Below are positions 46,403 to 55,552 of a stretch of 64,000 bases of DNA, one piece after another. Origin of the DNA: Candidatus Nealsonbacteria bacterium (lineage in GTDB: Bacteria > Patescibacteriota > Minisyncoccia > Minisyncoccales > PWPS01); contig PWNV01000014.1 of assembly GCA_003557645.1 (NCBI GenBank), positions 17,989 to 81,988 of the forward strand. The letters are read 5' to 3'. Position 1 is the stretch's first letter. Each line of letters opens with the position of its first letter. The position numbers and the translations under genes are program-made. Below the pieces are notes generated by a model. The model was not told the DNA's origin, ran no database searches, and saw nothing but the letters and a program-made list of their open reading frames with translations.

Positions 46403-47593
46403 ATGAAAAGCATGGAAGAAAAAATAAAAAACATACTAGAAAGAGGAGCAGAGGATATTGTCGGGAAAGAAGAGATTGAGAAAAAACTTCGGGAAGGGGA
46501 AAAGTTAAGAGTAAAATTTGGACTTGATCCCACTGGAACAAATATCCATTTAGGAGGAGCTTCTCAGTTTTGGAGATTAAAGGCATTCCAAGACCTAGGT
46601 CACCAGGTAGTTTTTATTATTGGAGATTTTACAGCTAAAATTGGAGATGCTTCTGATAAACAGGAGATGAGAAAAAATCTCACAGACGATGAAATAGCAG
46701 ATAATATGAAGGACTATAAGGAACAGATTAGTAAAATTCTAGACATGGATAAAATCGAGATTAGGTATAATAGCGAGTGGTTTAATGATTTTGACTTAAA
46801 AAAACTTATTCCTCTTGCAATGGAGTTTACTTCTCAGCAGATGATTCAGCGACGTAATTTTAAAGAAAGATGGGATCAAGAAAAACCAATTGGCCTTCAT
46901 GAACTTCTTTATCCCCTTTTGCAAGGCTATGATTCTGTGGCGGTGAAGGCAGATGTAGAGATTGGTGGATTTGATCAGCTTTTTAACCTGAAAGCTGGGA
47001 GAAAAATTCAAAGATTCTATAAACAAAAACCACAATATATTATTACATCAAAAATGCTTTATGGTCTTGACGGAAGAGAGATGTCAACTAGTTGGGGGAA
47101 TGTGGTGAATATAAACGAAAAAGCAAAAGAGATGTACGGGAAGGTAATGTCAATACAGGATGATTTAATAATAGACTATTTCGAGCTTTGTGCATTTGTT
47201 GATTATAAGGAATTAGAAGAAATAAGAAATAGAATTTCTAAAGGAAAAATTAATCCAAGAGATGCAAAGGCGGATCTTGCCTTTCGTATAGTCAAACTTT
47301 ATCACGGTGAAGAGGAAGCAGAGGAAGCAGCAGAACATTTTGAGCGTGTTTTTTGCAAAAAAGAGAATCCGGAGGAGATAGAAGAAGTTGAAATAAAGAA
47401 GGAGAAGATGAGCGTGCTTGATCTGCTATCTTTTTCAGGAATGATCTCTTCTAGAGCAGAAGGGAAGAGGCTTGTAAATCAGAGAGGAGTTAAAATAAAT
47501 GAAGATATTATAGAAGATCCTCATCAGGTAGTAGAAGTTACTGAAGGAATGATAATAAAAATAGGTAAGAGAAAATTTAAAAAAGTGATATAG
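46403..47593 (+). CDS. tyrS: Tyrosyl-tRNA synthetase
   Basis: HLGG (HIGH-class), KMSTS (KMSKS), C-terminal S4-like domain; true start may be second ATG at 46412. Confidence 0.85.
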   Translation: MKSMEEKIKNILERGAEDIVGKEEIEKKLREGEKLRVKFGLDPTGTNIHLGGASQFWRLKAFQDLGHQVVFIIGDFTAKIGDASDKQEMRKNLTDDEIADNMKDYKEQISKILDMDKIEIRYNSEWFNDFDLKKLIPLAMEFTSQQMIQRRNFKERWDQEKPIGLHELLYPLLQGYDSVAVKADVEIGGFDQLFNLKAGRKIQRFYKQKPQYIITSKMLYGLDGREMSTSWGNVVNINEKAKEMYGKVMSIQDDLIIDYFELCAFVDYKELEEIRNRISKGKINPRDAKADLAFRIVKLYHGEEEAEEAAEHFERVFCKKENPEEIEEVEIKKEKMSVLDLLSFSGMISSRAEGKRLVNQRGVKINEDIIEDPHQVVEVTEGMIIKIGKRKFKKVI

Positions 47594-48056
47594 ATTTATT
47601 TATTCCACAGATAGCTGCTCCCAGAGCATCTGCCGCATCATCTGGTTGCGGCTTTTCTTTTAAATTTAAAAGAAGTTGAATCATTTTTTGCACTTGTTCT
47701 TTATCTGCTTGCCCATAACCAGCGATAGAACTTTTTATTTCTGGTGGGGTAAACTCTTGAACAGGAACCCCCTCTCTTTCGGCAGTCATCATAATTACAC
47801 CTTTTGCTTGGCTAACGGGGATAATGGTTTTAAGGTTTTTAAAAAAATATACTTTTTCTATTCCGAGAATAGTAGGATTATATTTTTTAATAATAAAAGA
47901 AAGCTCTTCACCTAAAATACTTAATCTTTTAGGCATAGCGATGTTTTTGTCTGTTTTAATAACTCCATAACCAAGGCAGGAAAAAGCATTTCCTTTGCAC
48001 TCTACTATGCCGTATCCGGTAGTGGCGATACCTGGATCTATTCCGATACCGATCAT
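47577..48056 (-). CDS. ruvC: Holliday junction resolvase RuvC
   Basis: MIGIGIDPGIATTGYGIVE RNase H-like start, catalytic acidic residues. Confidence 0.85.
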   Translation of the reverse strand: MIGIGIDPGIATTGYGIVECKGNAFSCLGYGVIKTDKNIAMPKRLSILGEELSFIIKKYNPTILGIEKVYFFKNLKTIIPVSQAKGVIMMTAEREGVPVQEFTPPEIKSSIAGYGQADKEQVQKMIQLLLNLKEKPQPDDAADALGAAICGINKSISLF

Positions 48057-48742
48057 ATTTTTGTATTTAAATAAACTCCCTCAACTGATGATAAACTATC
48101 TAAGTCGTCAAAAAGCTTTTTATCACTTTTACTTGCAGGGCCGATGATATCGTTTGCTCTCCAACCTAAAGTGAATGAAGATATTTTTTCTCCCAAAACA
48201 TTTTTTAAGTTTTCTGTTGCTTGAGGGGAAACGTAAAGAAAAAAGGAGTGGTTTTTTTCTTCAACATCTTCTACGTTATGTTCTATTGCTTTCGTTAGCA
48301 TTTCTTCATTTTTTTCTGTTTCAATAATTCCCTGAGGCTGGAAGAGCCACTTTACAGCACCTGGCTTAACAAGTTTTCCTCCATGTTTTTTCAATATTTC
48401 TTTTATTTCGTTTAAGTCACGATTTCTATTATCAGTTGATCCTTGAATAAGAAAAGCTGATTGATCTGGTCCGTAAGCCTCAAAAAGAAAAGGCTCAAGC
48501 TTTCCTTCTTCTCCAACACCCATACCCCTTTTTATTGCGCGGTTAATATTTTCTTTAGGCATATCGGCTTCTTTTGCCCTTAAAATAGCCATACGGAGAG
48601 CAGGATTAGATTGGGGATCATCCCCTTTTTCTCGTACAGCAGAGATCAGGAGACGTGCCATTTTTGAAAAAAGCACGGCTCTTTTTTTGTCTTCTGCTTC
48701 CTTTTTTCTTTTTATGTTTTTGAAGTGACTGTGTCCTGCCAT
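48053..48742 (-). CDS. yebC: YebC/PmpR family transcriptional regulator
   Basis: MAGHSHFKNIKRKKEAEDKKR... conserved YebC N-terminus. Confidence 0.85.
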   Translation of the reverse strand: MAGHSHFKNIKRKKEAEDKKRAVLFSKMARLLISAVREKGDDPQSNPALRMAILRAKEADMPKENINRAIKRGMGVGEEGKLEPFLFEAYGPDQSAFLIQGSTDNRNRDLNEIKEILKKHGGKLVKPGAVKWLFQPQGIIETEKNEEMLTKAIEHNVEDVEEKNHSFFLYVSPQATENLKNVLGEKISSFTLGWRANDIIGPASKSDKKLFDDLDSLSSVEGVYLNTKI

Positions 48743-49383
48743 TTTTTTAAAAATAAAATTAGAAAACCCAAAAAAGCTGAAGAGAAAAAGGCAATAAGAT
48801 AAGGATTTCCTTTTTCTTCTTTTCTTGGCTCTGTATAAGTTTTTTGTATTTTTAAAGGTGATTCCGGTGGAGGATATAGGAAAAAGTCATCAGCATTGTT
48901 TTGTGTGTTTTTATATTCTCCGTCAATTTTCTTTCTTCTTATTACTTGTCCTTTTTCCGGATTAAAGGGGAAAATATAATTTTCTTTATATTGATTATCT
49001 CCATCTCCCCAACCCAAGGAGTCTAAAATATTTCCCTCATTATCGAAAACAGCAATACTGTTATTACGAGAAAGGTACTGGGTGGACTGTATATCTGCAT
49101 CTATTTTTTCTGGAAAATTTTTGTTTCTTGAACTTGCCCAAAGAAGATAATCACCCTCTTTAATAGTTATTCCAGAAGGGATTACCCGAACAGAACTTTC
49201 ACTTCCCGTAGAAGTTCTTTTCCTTATTCTGTATCCTTCAAGATTTTTTTCTTTTAAGGAGGGGTTGTAAATTAATATATAACAGTCATCGCTTCTTTCT
49301 CCTTCTATTTGTACTTCTGTTATTAACAACGCATCAACAATTAAAGGAGATAAAGCTAGAAAAAGACACAACAAAAAAATCAT
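48712..49383 (-). CDS. Secreted lamin-tail-domain (LTD) protein
   Basis: Signal peptide; LLITEVQIEG...DCYILIYNPS...NLEGYRI pattern of LTD (PF00932). Confidence 0.55.
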   Translation of the reverse strand: MIFLLCLFLALSPLIVDALLITEVQIEGERSDDCYILIYNPSLKEKNLEGYRIRKRTSTGSESSVRVIPSGITIKEGDYLLWASSRNKNFPEKIDADIQSTQYLSRNNSIAVFDNEGNILDSLGWGDGDNQYKENYIFPFNPEKGQVIRRKKIDGEYKNTQNNADDFFLYPPPESPLKIQKTYTEPRKEEKGNPYLIAFFSSAFLGFLILFLKKWQDTVTSKT

Positions 49384-50384
49384 ATCTTCTTATTTTTCTT
49401 TAAATATTCTTTTGCTTTTTGAGTAACTACTCTTCCGCGTGGAGTTCTTTTTATAAATCCCAACTGCATAAGATAAGGCTCATAAATATCAATAATGGTT
49501 TCTTCTTCCTCTCCAGTAGAGATAGAGAGTGATTGAAGTCCCGCGGGACCACCTCCAAAATTTTCAAAAAGAACTTGCAATATTTTTCTGTCACCAGATT
49601 CTAATCCCATCTCATCAATATCTAAAAAAGAAAGAGCCTTAATAGCTTCTTTTCCAGTAACAACTCCCTTTCCCTCTACTTCTGAAAAGTCACGAACTCT
49701 CTTTAAAAGTCTGCTTGCTACTCGTGGATTAAATCTTGATCGCGATGCTATTGTCTTTATCGCTTCTTCCTCTATCTCTACCTCTAAAAGAGATGCTGAT
49801 CTTTTAATAATGGAACCGATTTCTTTTAAGTTGTAATTATCAAGGCGAAAGATAGCTCCGAAACGACTTCTTAAAGGTGAAGATAGAAGAGCAAGTCTTG
49901 TAGTTGCTCCAATTAAAGTAAATCTTGGTATCTTTAAATCCATTGTTCTTGCCATAGGGCCCTTGCCGATAATAAGGTTTAGTTTAAACTCTTCCATTAC
50001 AGGGTATATCATCTCTTCACAAGTTTTATTTGTGCGATGTATCTCATCAATGAAAAGAATATCTCCTTCACGCAAATTGGTGAGGATAGCTGCTAAATCA
50101 CCTGATTTTTTAATAGAAGGACCAGCGATGGTACGAACACCAGTACCCATTTTTTTTGCTACTAAGTAAGAGAGAGTAGTTTTTCCAAGCCCTGGTCCCC
50201 CGTAGAAAAGGATATGTTCAATGCAGGGGTCTTTTCTCTTCTTTGCTGCTTCTGTAATGATGCGAATGTTTTTTTTAATGCGATCTTGACCAAGGTAATC
50301 CTGGAAAGTTTGTGGGCGAAGAGCAAGATCAAGAGTACGATCTTCTTCTGTCGGTATAGGTATAATTTTCTTATTTTGTGGCAT
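49380..50384 (-). CDS. ruvB: Holliday junction DNA helicase RuvB
   Basis: LRPQTFQDYLGQ, Walker A GPGLGKTTL, sensor motifs. Confidence 0.9.
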   Translation of the reverse strand: MPQNKKIIPIPTEEDRTLDLALRPQTFQDYLGQDRIKKNIRIITEAAKKRKDPCIEHILFYGGPGLGKTTLSYLVAKKMGTGVRTIAGPSIKKSGDLAAILTNLREGDILFIDEIHRTNKTCEEMIYPVMEEFKLNLIIGKGPMARTMDLKIPRFTLIGATTRLALLSSPLRSRFGAIFRLDNYNLKEIGSIIKRSASLLEVEIEEEAIKTIASRSRFNPRVASRLLKRVRDFSEVEGKGVVTGKEAIKALSFLDIDEMGLESGDRKILQVLFENFGGGPAGLQSLSISTGEEEETIIDIYEPYLMQLGFIKRTPRGRVVTQKAKEYLKKNKKI

Positions 50385-50386
50385 AT

Positions 50387-51688
50387 CTAAGTAACCCTAT
50401 CTACTTCTTCTATAGTTGTTTCTCCATTTAATACCTTTATCATGCCGTCTTGTCGCATAGTAAGCATTCCCTTTTCGATAGCCTTGTTTCTTATTTTTGA
50501 AGTAGAAGGAGACGAAAGAATAAGCTCTTCCATCTCTTCATCAACAACTAAGGCCTCAAAAATTCCAGCCCTTCCTCTGTATCCGGTATAGCTGCATTCG
50601 CGGCAACCTTTCTTTTGAGCAAGCTTTATGATCTCCGGGAAGGAAACGACATTTTCACTTACTCCTTCCAGCTCTTCTTTTAATTTTTTTAAAGTTTCTT
50701 CTTCTGCTTCTACAAAGCGAGCACAAGATTTACAAATTTTTCGTACTAACCTTTGTGCAATCGCCAGATTAATAGAGGGAGCAATGTTTATAGGATTTTC
50801 TCCAATAGCTTGCAGTCTCGCTATTGCTCCAGCAGCGTCGTTAGTGTGAAGGGTGGAAAAAACAAGATGACCAGTAAGAGCAGCTTGCATGCTGATTTGA
50901 GCAGTTTCAAGGTCTCTTATCTCTCCTACTAAAATTACATCAGGATCCTGTCTTACGATGGTTCGCAGACCACTGGCAAAGTCATACCCTTTGCTTGAAT
51001 CAGCTCTTGTTTGTGATATTCCGTCTAAATGGTATTCGACAGGGTCTTCGATAGTTACAATTTTTATTTCTGGATCATTAATAGTTTTTAGGAAGGCGTA
51101 AAGCGTGGTTGTTTTACCAGAACCGGTGGGACCAGTAACAATAATCATTCCATTGGGCTTTGTTATTTCGTTCTTGAAGAGCTCAAAAAGATCTTCTCTA
51201 AGACCAAGACCATCAAGAGTTATTAATTTCCGAGGGTCAAGAAGTCGCATTACAATTGTTTCTCCATACTCGGAAGGGAGGGTAGACATTCTAATCTCAA
51301 TAGAGAGATCTTCTTTAGGGATCCATATCGTAAATCTTCCGTCTTGAGGGCGGTCTTCAATATTAATTTTTACACGAGAAAGAAGCTTAATACGTGAAGT
51401 AATTTTATTACAAAGTTCTCTGTCTATATCGGCAACGTCATGCAAGACGCCGTCTATTCTCATTCTCAATCTCACGTTCTCTTCTTCAGGTTCAATATGG
51501 ATGTCGGATGACTCAATTATGACAGAACCCATAAGAACAAGCTCAAGAAATTCAGAGATATTCTCTTTTTCAAAGCTTCTTATTTTCTCTTGAAGGCTAG
51601 GGAGGTTACGTACATCTCTTCTAAGTTTTTCTGAGATAGACTCAGTAATCCTTATTTCTCCCGATACGCCCTTGGAATTTTTAAGCAT
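50387..51688 (-). CDS. Type IV pilus/type II secretion assembly ATPase (PilB/GspE family, short form)
   Basis: SDIHIEP...RLRMRIDGVL, Walker A GPTGSGKTTTL, tetracysteine CKSC...CREC motif. Confidence 0.8.
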   Translation of the reverse strand: MLKNSKGVSGEIRITESISEKLRRDVRNLPSLQEKIRSFEKENISEFLELVLMGSVIIESSDIHIEPEEENVRLRMRIDGVLHDVADIDRELCNKITSRIKLLSRVKINIEDRPQDGRFTIWIPKEDLSIEIRMSTLPSEYGETIVMRLLDPRKLITLDGLGLREDLFELFKNEITKPNGMIIVTGPTGSGKTTTLYAFLKTINDPEIKIVTIEDPVEYHLDGISQTRADSSKGYDFASGLRTIVRQDPDVILVGEIRDLETAQISMQAALTGHLVFSTLHTNDAAGAIARLQAIGENPINIAPSINLAIAQRLVRKICKSCARFVEAEEETLKKLKEELEGVSENVVSFPEIIKLAQKKGCRECSYTGYRGRAGIFEALVVDEEMEELILSSPSTSKIRNKAIEKGMLTMRQDGMIKVLNGETTIEEVDRVT

Positions 51689-51750
51689 AAAAGGTATTAT
51701 TATCTGTGCGTAAATTTAGCTTAAAACTCTTTATTAGTCAATTTTAATTT

Positions 51751-52230
51751 ATGAAAATCAAGATTTCTTCTCCATTAAAAATGAGAAAAATCGGTAGTTA
51801 TCTTGCTCAGGATCTAGCAAAAAGAGAGATGGCGGTAGTACTATCTTTGGAGGGTGATTTAGGAAGCGGGAAAACTACTTTTTTACAGGGATTTGCGAAA
51901 GGACTTAATGTAGAAGAAGAAATTACGAGCCCTACGTTTTTAATATTTAAAAAATATAAGACAGAGGGACAAAAGTTCTTTTATCATTTTGATGCTTACA
52001 GAGTAGAAGAGAAAGATCTTCTTTCTCTGGGAATAAATGAAATAATGGAGAAAAAAGAAAACCTTATTGCGATAGAATGGGGAAATAAAGTAAAAAAAAA
52101 TCTGCCGAAAGAAGCGATAAGATTGTTTTTTGAAGTTATCTCTGACTTAGAGAGAGAGTTGATAGTAAGTGATAAGAGTGGTATAATAAGTGATAAATTT
52201 TTTGAAAGGGCCCGTAGCTCAGTTGGCTAG
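51751..52230 (+). CDS. tsaE: tRNA threonylcarbamoyladenosine biosynthesis protein TsaE
   Basis: LEGDLGSGKTTFLQG P-loop, ITSPTF; 3' end reads 23 nt into tRNA-Ala. Confidence 0.75.
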   Translation: MKIKISSPLKMRKIGSYLAQDLAKREMAVVLSLEGDLGSGKTTFLQGFAKGLNVEEEITSPTFLIFKKYKTEGQKFFYHFDAYRVEEKDLLSLGINEIMEKKENLIAIEWGNKVKKNLPKEAIRLFFEVISDLERELIVSDKSGIISDKFFERARSSVG

Positions 52231-52281
52231 AGCGTTTGCGTGGCACGCAAAAGGTCATCGGTTCAAGTCCGATCGGGTCCA
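52208..52281 (+). tRNA. tRNA-Ala (anticodon GGC)
   Basis: G3:U70, anticodon loop guGGCac. Confidence 0.8.
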
Positions 52282-52305
52282 CCCTAATAGGAGACCCCCA
52301 GTTAT

Positions 52306-52392
52306 GGAGGGGTACCGAAGTGGTTATAACGGCATCGCCTCGAAAGCGAATGGCTCTTAAAGGGCACGTGGGTTCGAATCCCACCCCCTCCG
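52306..52392 (+). tRNA. tRNA-Ser (anticodon CGA), long variable arm
   Basis: Type II structure, G73 discriminator, anticodon loop cuCGAaa. Confidence 0.75.
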
Positions 52393-52417
52393 CTTATTTT
52401 AATAATTACTGTAATTT

Positions 52418-52783
52418 ATGTTTAAATTTAAAAAGAAAGAGAAAGAAGTGCCAAAGGACATAAGTAGCCTTGTTGACAGAATCAACACACTAGAAGAAGA
52501 AAACAGAGAGTTAAAAAAAGAGATCGAAAAGATTTACCAAAAACAAGAAAGCTTTCTGCAAAAAATAGAAGTGGTGAGGTTTAATCCCTTCTCTGATTCG
52601 GGAGGAAATCAAAGCTTTTCAATGGCACTTCTGGACAATAGCGGAAACGGAGCAGTTATTACTAGTCTTTATTCCAGCGAAGGCAATAGGGTTTACGCAA
52701 AGCCGATCAGAGGGGGCGTTTCAGAGTATTCTCTTTCTGTAGAAGAGGAAAAAGTGATAGGAAAATTAAATAAAGATGAATAA
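52418..52783 (+). CDS. Hypothetical coiled-coil protein (DUF4446-like)
   Basis: Coiled-coil N-half then VRFNPFSDSGGNQSFSMALLDNSGNGAVITSLY pattern recalled for DUF4446. Confidence 0.35.
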   Translation: MFKFKKKEKEVPKDISSLVDRINTLEEENRELKKEIEKIYQKQESFLQKIEVVRFNPFSDSGGNQSFSMALLDNSGNGAVITSLYSSEGNRVYAKPIRGGVSEYSLSVEEEKVIGKLNKDE

Positions 52784-54263
52784 AAAAAAGAAAAACTTAA
52801 TAACAAGACCTCCAGTTGTAGTGATTTTGGGTCACGTTGATCATGGCAAGAGTTCCCTTTTAGAGGCGATAAAAGATCTTAAGATTACACAAAATGAGGC
52901 GGGAGGAATTACACAACATATAGGAGCATATGCTGTTGATCATGAAGGAAAAATGATTACTTTTATTGATACTCCCGGACATGAGGCTTTTTCTGCAATG
53001 AGATCAAGAGGAACGGAGGTTGCTGATATTGGAGTTCTAGTTGTAGCCGCTGATGAAGGAGTAAGAGAACAAACCAAAGAAGCAATCTCTCACTTAAAAG
53101 ACTCAGGAATACCTTTCTTAGTTGCAATAAACAAAATGGATAAGCAAGGATCTCAGCCAGAAAAAGTAAAGCAAGATCTTTCTAAAGAGGGCATCTTTTT
53201 AGAATCTTATGGAGGGAAAATTCCTTCGGTGAGTGTTTCTGCTCTTAAAAAAGAAGGGATTGAAGATCTTTTAGAGGTTATTCTTTTGATTGCTGAGATG
53301 GAAGAGATGAAAGGAAACCCTGAAGCACCTGCTGAGGGGGTGATAATTGAAAGTCATCTTGACTCGAAAAGAGGAACTATTGTTTCTTTGATTGTTAAAA
53401 ATGGAGTTCTTAGAAAGGGAGATATAATAGCGACGGAATCTTCTTTTGGAAAATTAAAAACAATAGAAGGGATCCTTGGAGAAGAAAAAGAGGAGGCGGG
53501 ACTATCTGCTCCTGTCTTAGTAGCAGGGATTAAAGGAAACCCTTGTGTTGGGGATGAATTTTTTACGTGTAACAGCATCGAAGAAGCAAAGAAATTTGCC
53601 TCTCAAAAGAGAAAAGAGAAAGGGTTTGTGGAGTGTGAAGGAGAAAAAAAGAACTTAAATGTTATTATAAAAGCAGATGTTATTGGTCTTGCAGAAGCTA
53701 TTTTAAGCTCTCTAGAAAAAATACCACAAGAGGAGGTTAGAGTAAGAGTAGTTAGTTCCGGCATTGGAAGTGTTAGTGAATCTGATATTGAACTCGCCAA
53801 AACAACCGACTCTAAAATATTTTCTTTCCGTGTAAAAAAAGATAAGGCAGCAGAGAAGATGGCGATAAAGGAAGGAATAGAGGTGAAGAATTTTGAAGTT
53901 ATTTATGAGCTAATAGATGAAGTAAAAAAAGAAGCAGAAGATTTGCTGGGATATGAAACAGTGAGAGTTGAAAAAGGACAAGCAAAGATTCTTGCCATTT
54001 TCCGAGAAGAAAAGAATAGGCAAGTACTAGGAGCTGAGAATATTAAAGGAGAAGGGAAAAAAGGATCTCTTGTTGAGATTTGGAGAAAGGGAGAAAAAAT
54101 CGGGGAAGGAAAAGTTATAAACCTCAAAAAGGAGGAAAAAAATATAGAAAAAATTACAGGGAAGGAAGAGTTTGGTATGCTTTTTGAGGGAAGGACGAAG
54201 GCAAAAGAAGGAGATTTCTTTCACTTTTATGAGGAAGAAAGAAAAAAGAGAACTCTTTCTTAA
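52776..54263 (+). CDS. infB: Translation initiation factor IF-2 (short form without N-terminal region)
   Basis: G-domain GHVDHGKSSLL, DTPGHEAF, NKMD; beta-barrel domains. Confidence 0.85.
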   Translation: MNKKKKNLITRPPVVVILGHVDHGKSSLLEAIKDLKITQNEAGGITQHIGAYAVDHEGKMITFIDTPGHEAFSAMRSRGTEVADIGVLVVAADEGVREQTKEAISHLKDSGIPFLVAINKMDKQGSQPEKVKQDLSKEGIFLESYGGKIPSVSVSALKKEGIEDLLEVILLIAEMEEMKGNPEAPAEGVIIESHLDSKRGTIVSLIVKNGVLRKGDIIATESSFGKLKTIEGILGEEKEEAGLSAPVLVAGIKGNPCVGDEFFTCNSIEEAKKFASQKRKEKGFVECEGEKKNLNVIIKADVIGLAEAILSSLEKIPQEEVRVRVVSSGIGSVSESDIELAKTTDSKIFSFRVKKDKAAEKMAIKEGIEVKNFEVIYELIDEVKKEAEDLLGYETVRVEKGQAKILAIFREEKNRQVLGAENIKGEGKKGSLVEIWRKGEKIGEGKVINLKKEEKNIEKITGKEEFGMLFEGRTKAKEGDFFHFYEEERKKRTLS

Positions 54264-54269
54264 GAATAT

Positions 54270-54341
54270 GGCCTGGTGCCCGAGGAGCTTAGGGAGCGGT
54301 CTGCAAAACCGTTTACAGGGGTGCAAATCCCCTCCAGGCCT
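54270..54341 (+). tRNA. tRNA-Cys (anticodon GCA), atypical T-loop (G at position 55)
   Basis: Acceptor ggcctgg/ccaggcc, anticodon loop cuGCAaa; T-loop tgcaaat. Confidence 0.55.
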
Positions 54342-54351
54342 CTAGAAAGAA

Positions 54352-54435
54352 GCCGCGGTGGCGGAATCGGTATACGCGACGGACTTAAAATCCGTTGGGA
54401 AAATTCCCTTGTGGGTTCGAGTCCCACCCGCGGCA
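54352..54435 (+). tRNA. tRNA-Leu (anticodon UAA), type II
   Basis: 3-bp D stem, long variable hairpin gggaaaattccc, anticodon loop cuUAAaa. Confidence 0.8.
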
Positions 54436-54443
54436 CATTAAAA

Positions 54444-54470
54444 AACTCGGCGCTTTTTGGCGCCGAGTAA
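54444..54470. terminator. Bidirectional rho-independent terminator
   Basis: ctcggcgc-ttttt-ggcgccgag hairpin with flanking A/T runs. Confidence 0.7.
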
Positions 54471-54488
54471 AAGTTTATTGAAGAACTT

Positions 54489-55082
54489 TTATTTAAGAAT
54501 TTCTATGTAAGCCCCTCTTCTTCCGAAGTTAAGCGCTCCTTGCCTTGAAGAGAAAAAGACATCCACGGTTCCGTTAATAGTAGGACTCATTCTATCTTCT
54601 ACTGTGTAGATCTTATCTCCAAAAAGAGAAGGTATTCTTATCTTTGTTCCAAAAGGAAGAAAGTTAGCTGCTACAATACCATCCCGTGGATAAGTTCCAG
54701 AAGCAGTTACGGAAGGATTTCCGGAAAAGCACATTCCTGCCATAGCGTTGGCGTCAAGAGGAGCGTAAGCAGTTACATTTACCCACATACGATCTAAGAC
54801 AATCTCTTCTTTTTCTATTTTTGGAGATCCCATTACTTGTGGCTTGTGATATGTGGGAGACGATACGGCAAGAAGAGTGTTGTCGTCATGAAGATCGTAA
54901 TCCTCATTTTTCTCTTTTTCAACTCTATCAAGAGAAGAGATAACAAACTTTTTTTCTGTTTCGCCTTCTTTTGCCGTCTCTCCTTCTGAGAAGTTAAAGA
55001 GAAGAAGAAAAGCTATAACCATTACGGAAAAGAAGGCAATATTCAGACTTCCGTCATCGGAAGAACTATTGATCTTGTTCAT
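54489..55082 (-). CDS. 3D-domain (MltA-like) cell-wall-binding protein
   Basis: N-terminal TM, C-terminal VAANFLPFGTKIRIP...VEDRMSPTINGTVDVFF 3D-domain pattern. Confidence 0.6.
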   Translation of the reverse strand: MNKINSSSDDGSLNIAFFSVMVIAFLLLFNFSEGETAKEGETEKKFVISSLDRVEKEKNEDYDLHDDNTLLAVSSPTYHKPQVMGSPKIEKEEIVLDRMWVNVTAYAPLDANAMAGMCFSGNPSVTASGTYPRDGIVAANFLPFGTKIRIPSLFGDKIYTVEDRMSPTINGTVDVFFSSRQGALNFGRRGAYIEILK

Positions 55083-55195
55083 GTTTTTAATGATTTTTCT
55101 ACTAAATAAAAAGCCCCTCTCTTTAAAGAAGGGTAACTACACTTTATCACAGAAAAGAAATAGTGTCAAGAGATTTTGAGGAAAAACTGATTATG

Positions 55196-55267
55196 AGCGG
55201 GAGACGGGATTTGAACCCGCAACCTTTTGCATGGCAAGCAAACGCTCTGCCGTTGAGCTACTCCCGC
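55196..55267 (-). tRNA. tRNA-Gly (anticodon GCC)
   Basis: gcgggag acceptor, anticodon loop uuGCCau. Confidence 0.8.
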
Positions 55268-55274
55268 AAATTTG

Positions 55275-55346
55275 TGCCGCGGGTGAGAATTGAACTCACG
55301 ACCTAACGATTTTCAGTCGTTCGCTCTACCACTGAGCTACCGCGGC
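55275..55346 (-). tRNA. tRNA-Phe (anticodon GAA)
   Basis: gccgcgg acceptor, anticodon loop cuGAAaa. Confidence 0.8.
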
Positions 55347-55359
55347 TGGCAAAACTGTG

Positions 55360-55433
55360 TGGACGGTGTAGGACTCGAACCTACGACCCCCTCGATGTAA
55401 GCGAGGTGCTCTAGCCAACTGAGCTAACCGTCC
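55360..55433 (-). tRNA. tRNA-Val (anticodon UAC)
   Basis: ggacggt acceptor, anticodon loop cuUACau. Confidence 0.8.
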
Positions 55434-55451
55434 GACTTCTTTAAAGGGCTA

Positions 55452-55538
55452 TGGTGCCCAGGGTGGGACTTGAACCCACACGTCCATAAGAACACATGGC
55501 CCTCAACCATGCCTGTCTACCAATTCCAGCACCTGGGC
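55452..55538 (-). tRNA. tRNA-Leu (anticodon GAG), type II, CCA encoded
   Basis: gcccagg acceptor, long variable arm, anticodon loop uuGAGgg. Confidence 0.8.
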
Positions 55539-55552
55539 ATTTTAAATCTGCG

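Noticed and set aside
50387-51688. PilB-like ATPase as the VirB11 of the island
   Set aside because: It is 10 kb away, on the other side of the origin genes, embedded between ruvB and tsaE; more likely part of a separate type IV pilus system, so not counted as an island component.
52136-52463. ORFs 52136..52384 (-) and 52236..52463 (+)
   Set aside because: Overlap tRNA-Ala and tRNA-Ser; no coding signal.
54276-54470. 64-aa plus-strand ORF after infB
   Set aside because: Covers tRNA-Cys, tRNA-Leu and the terminator hairpin.
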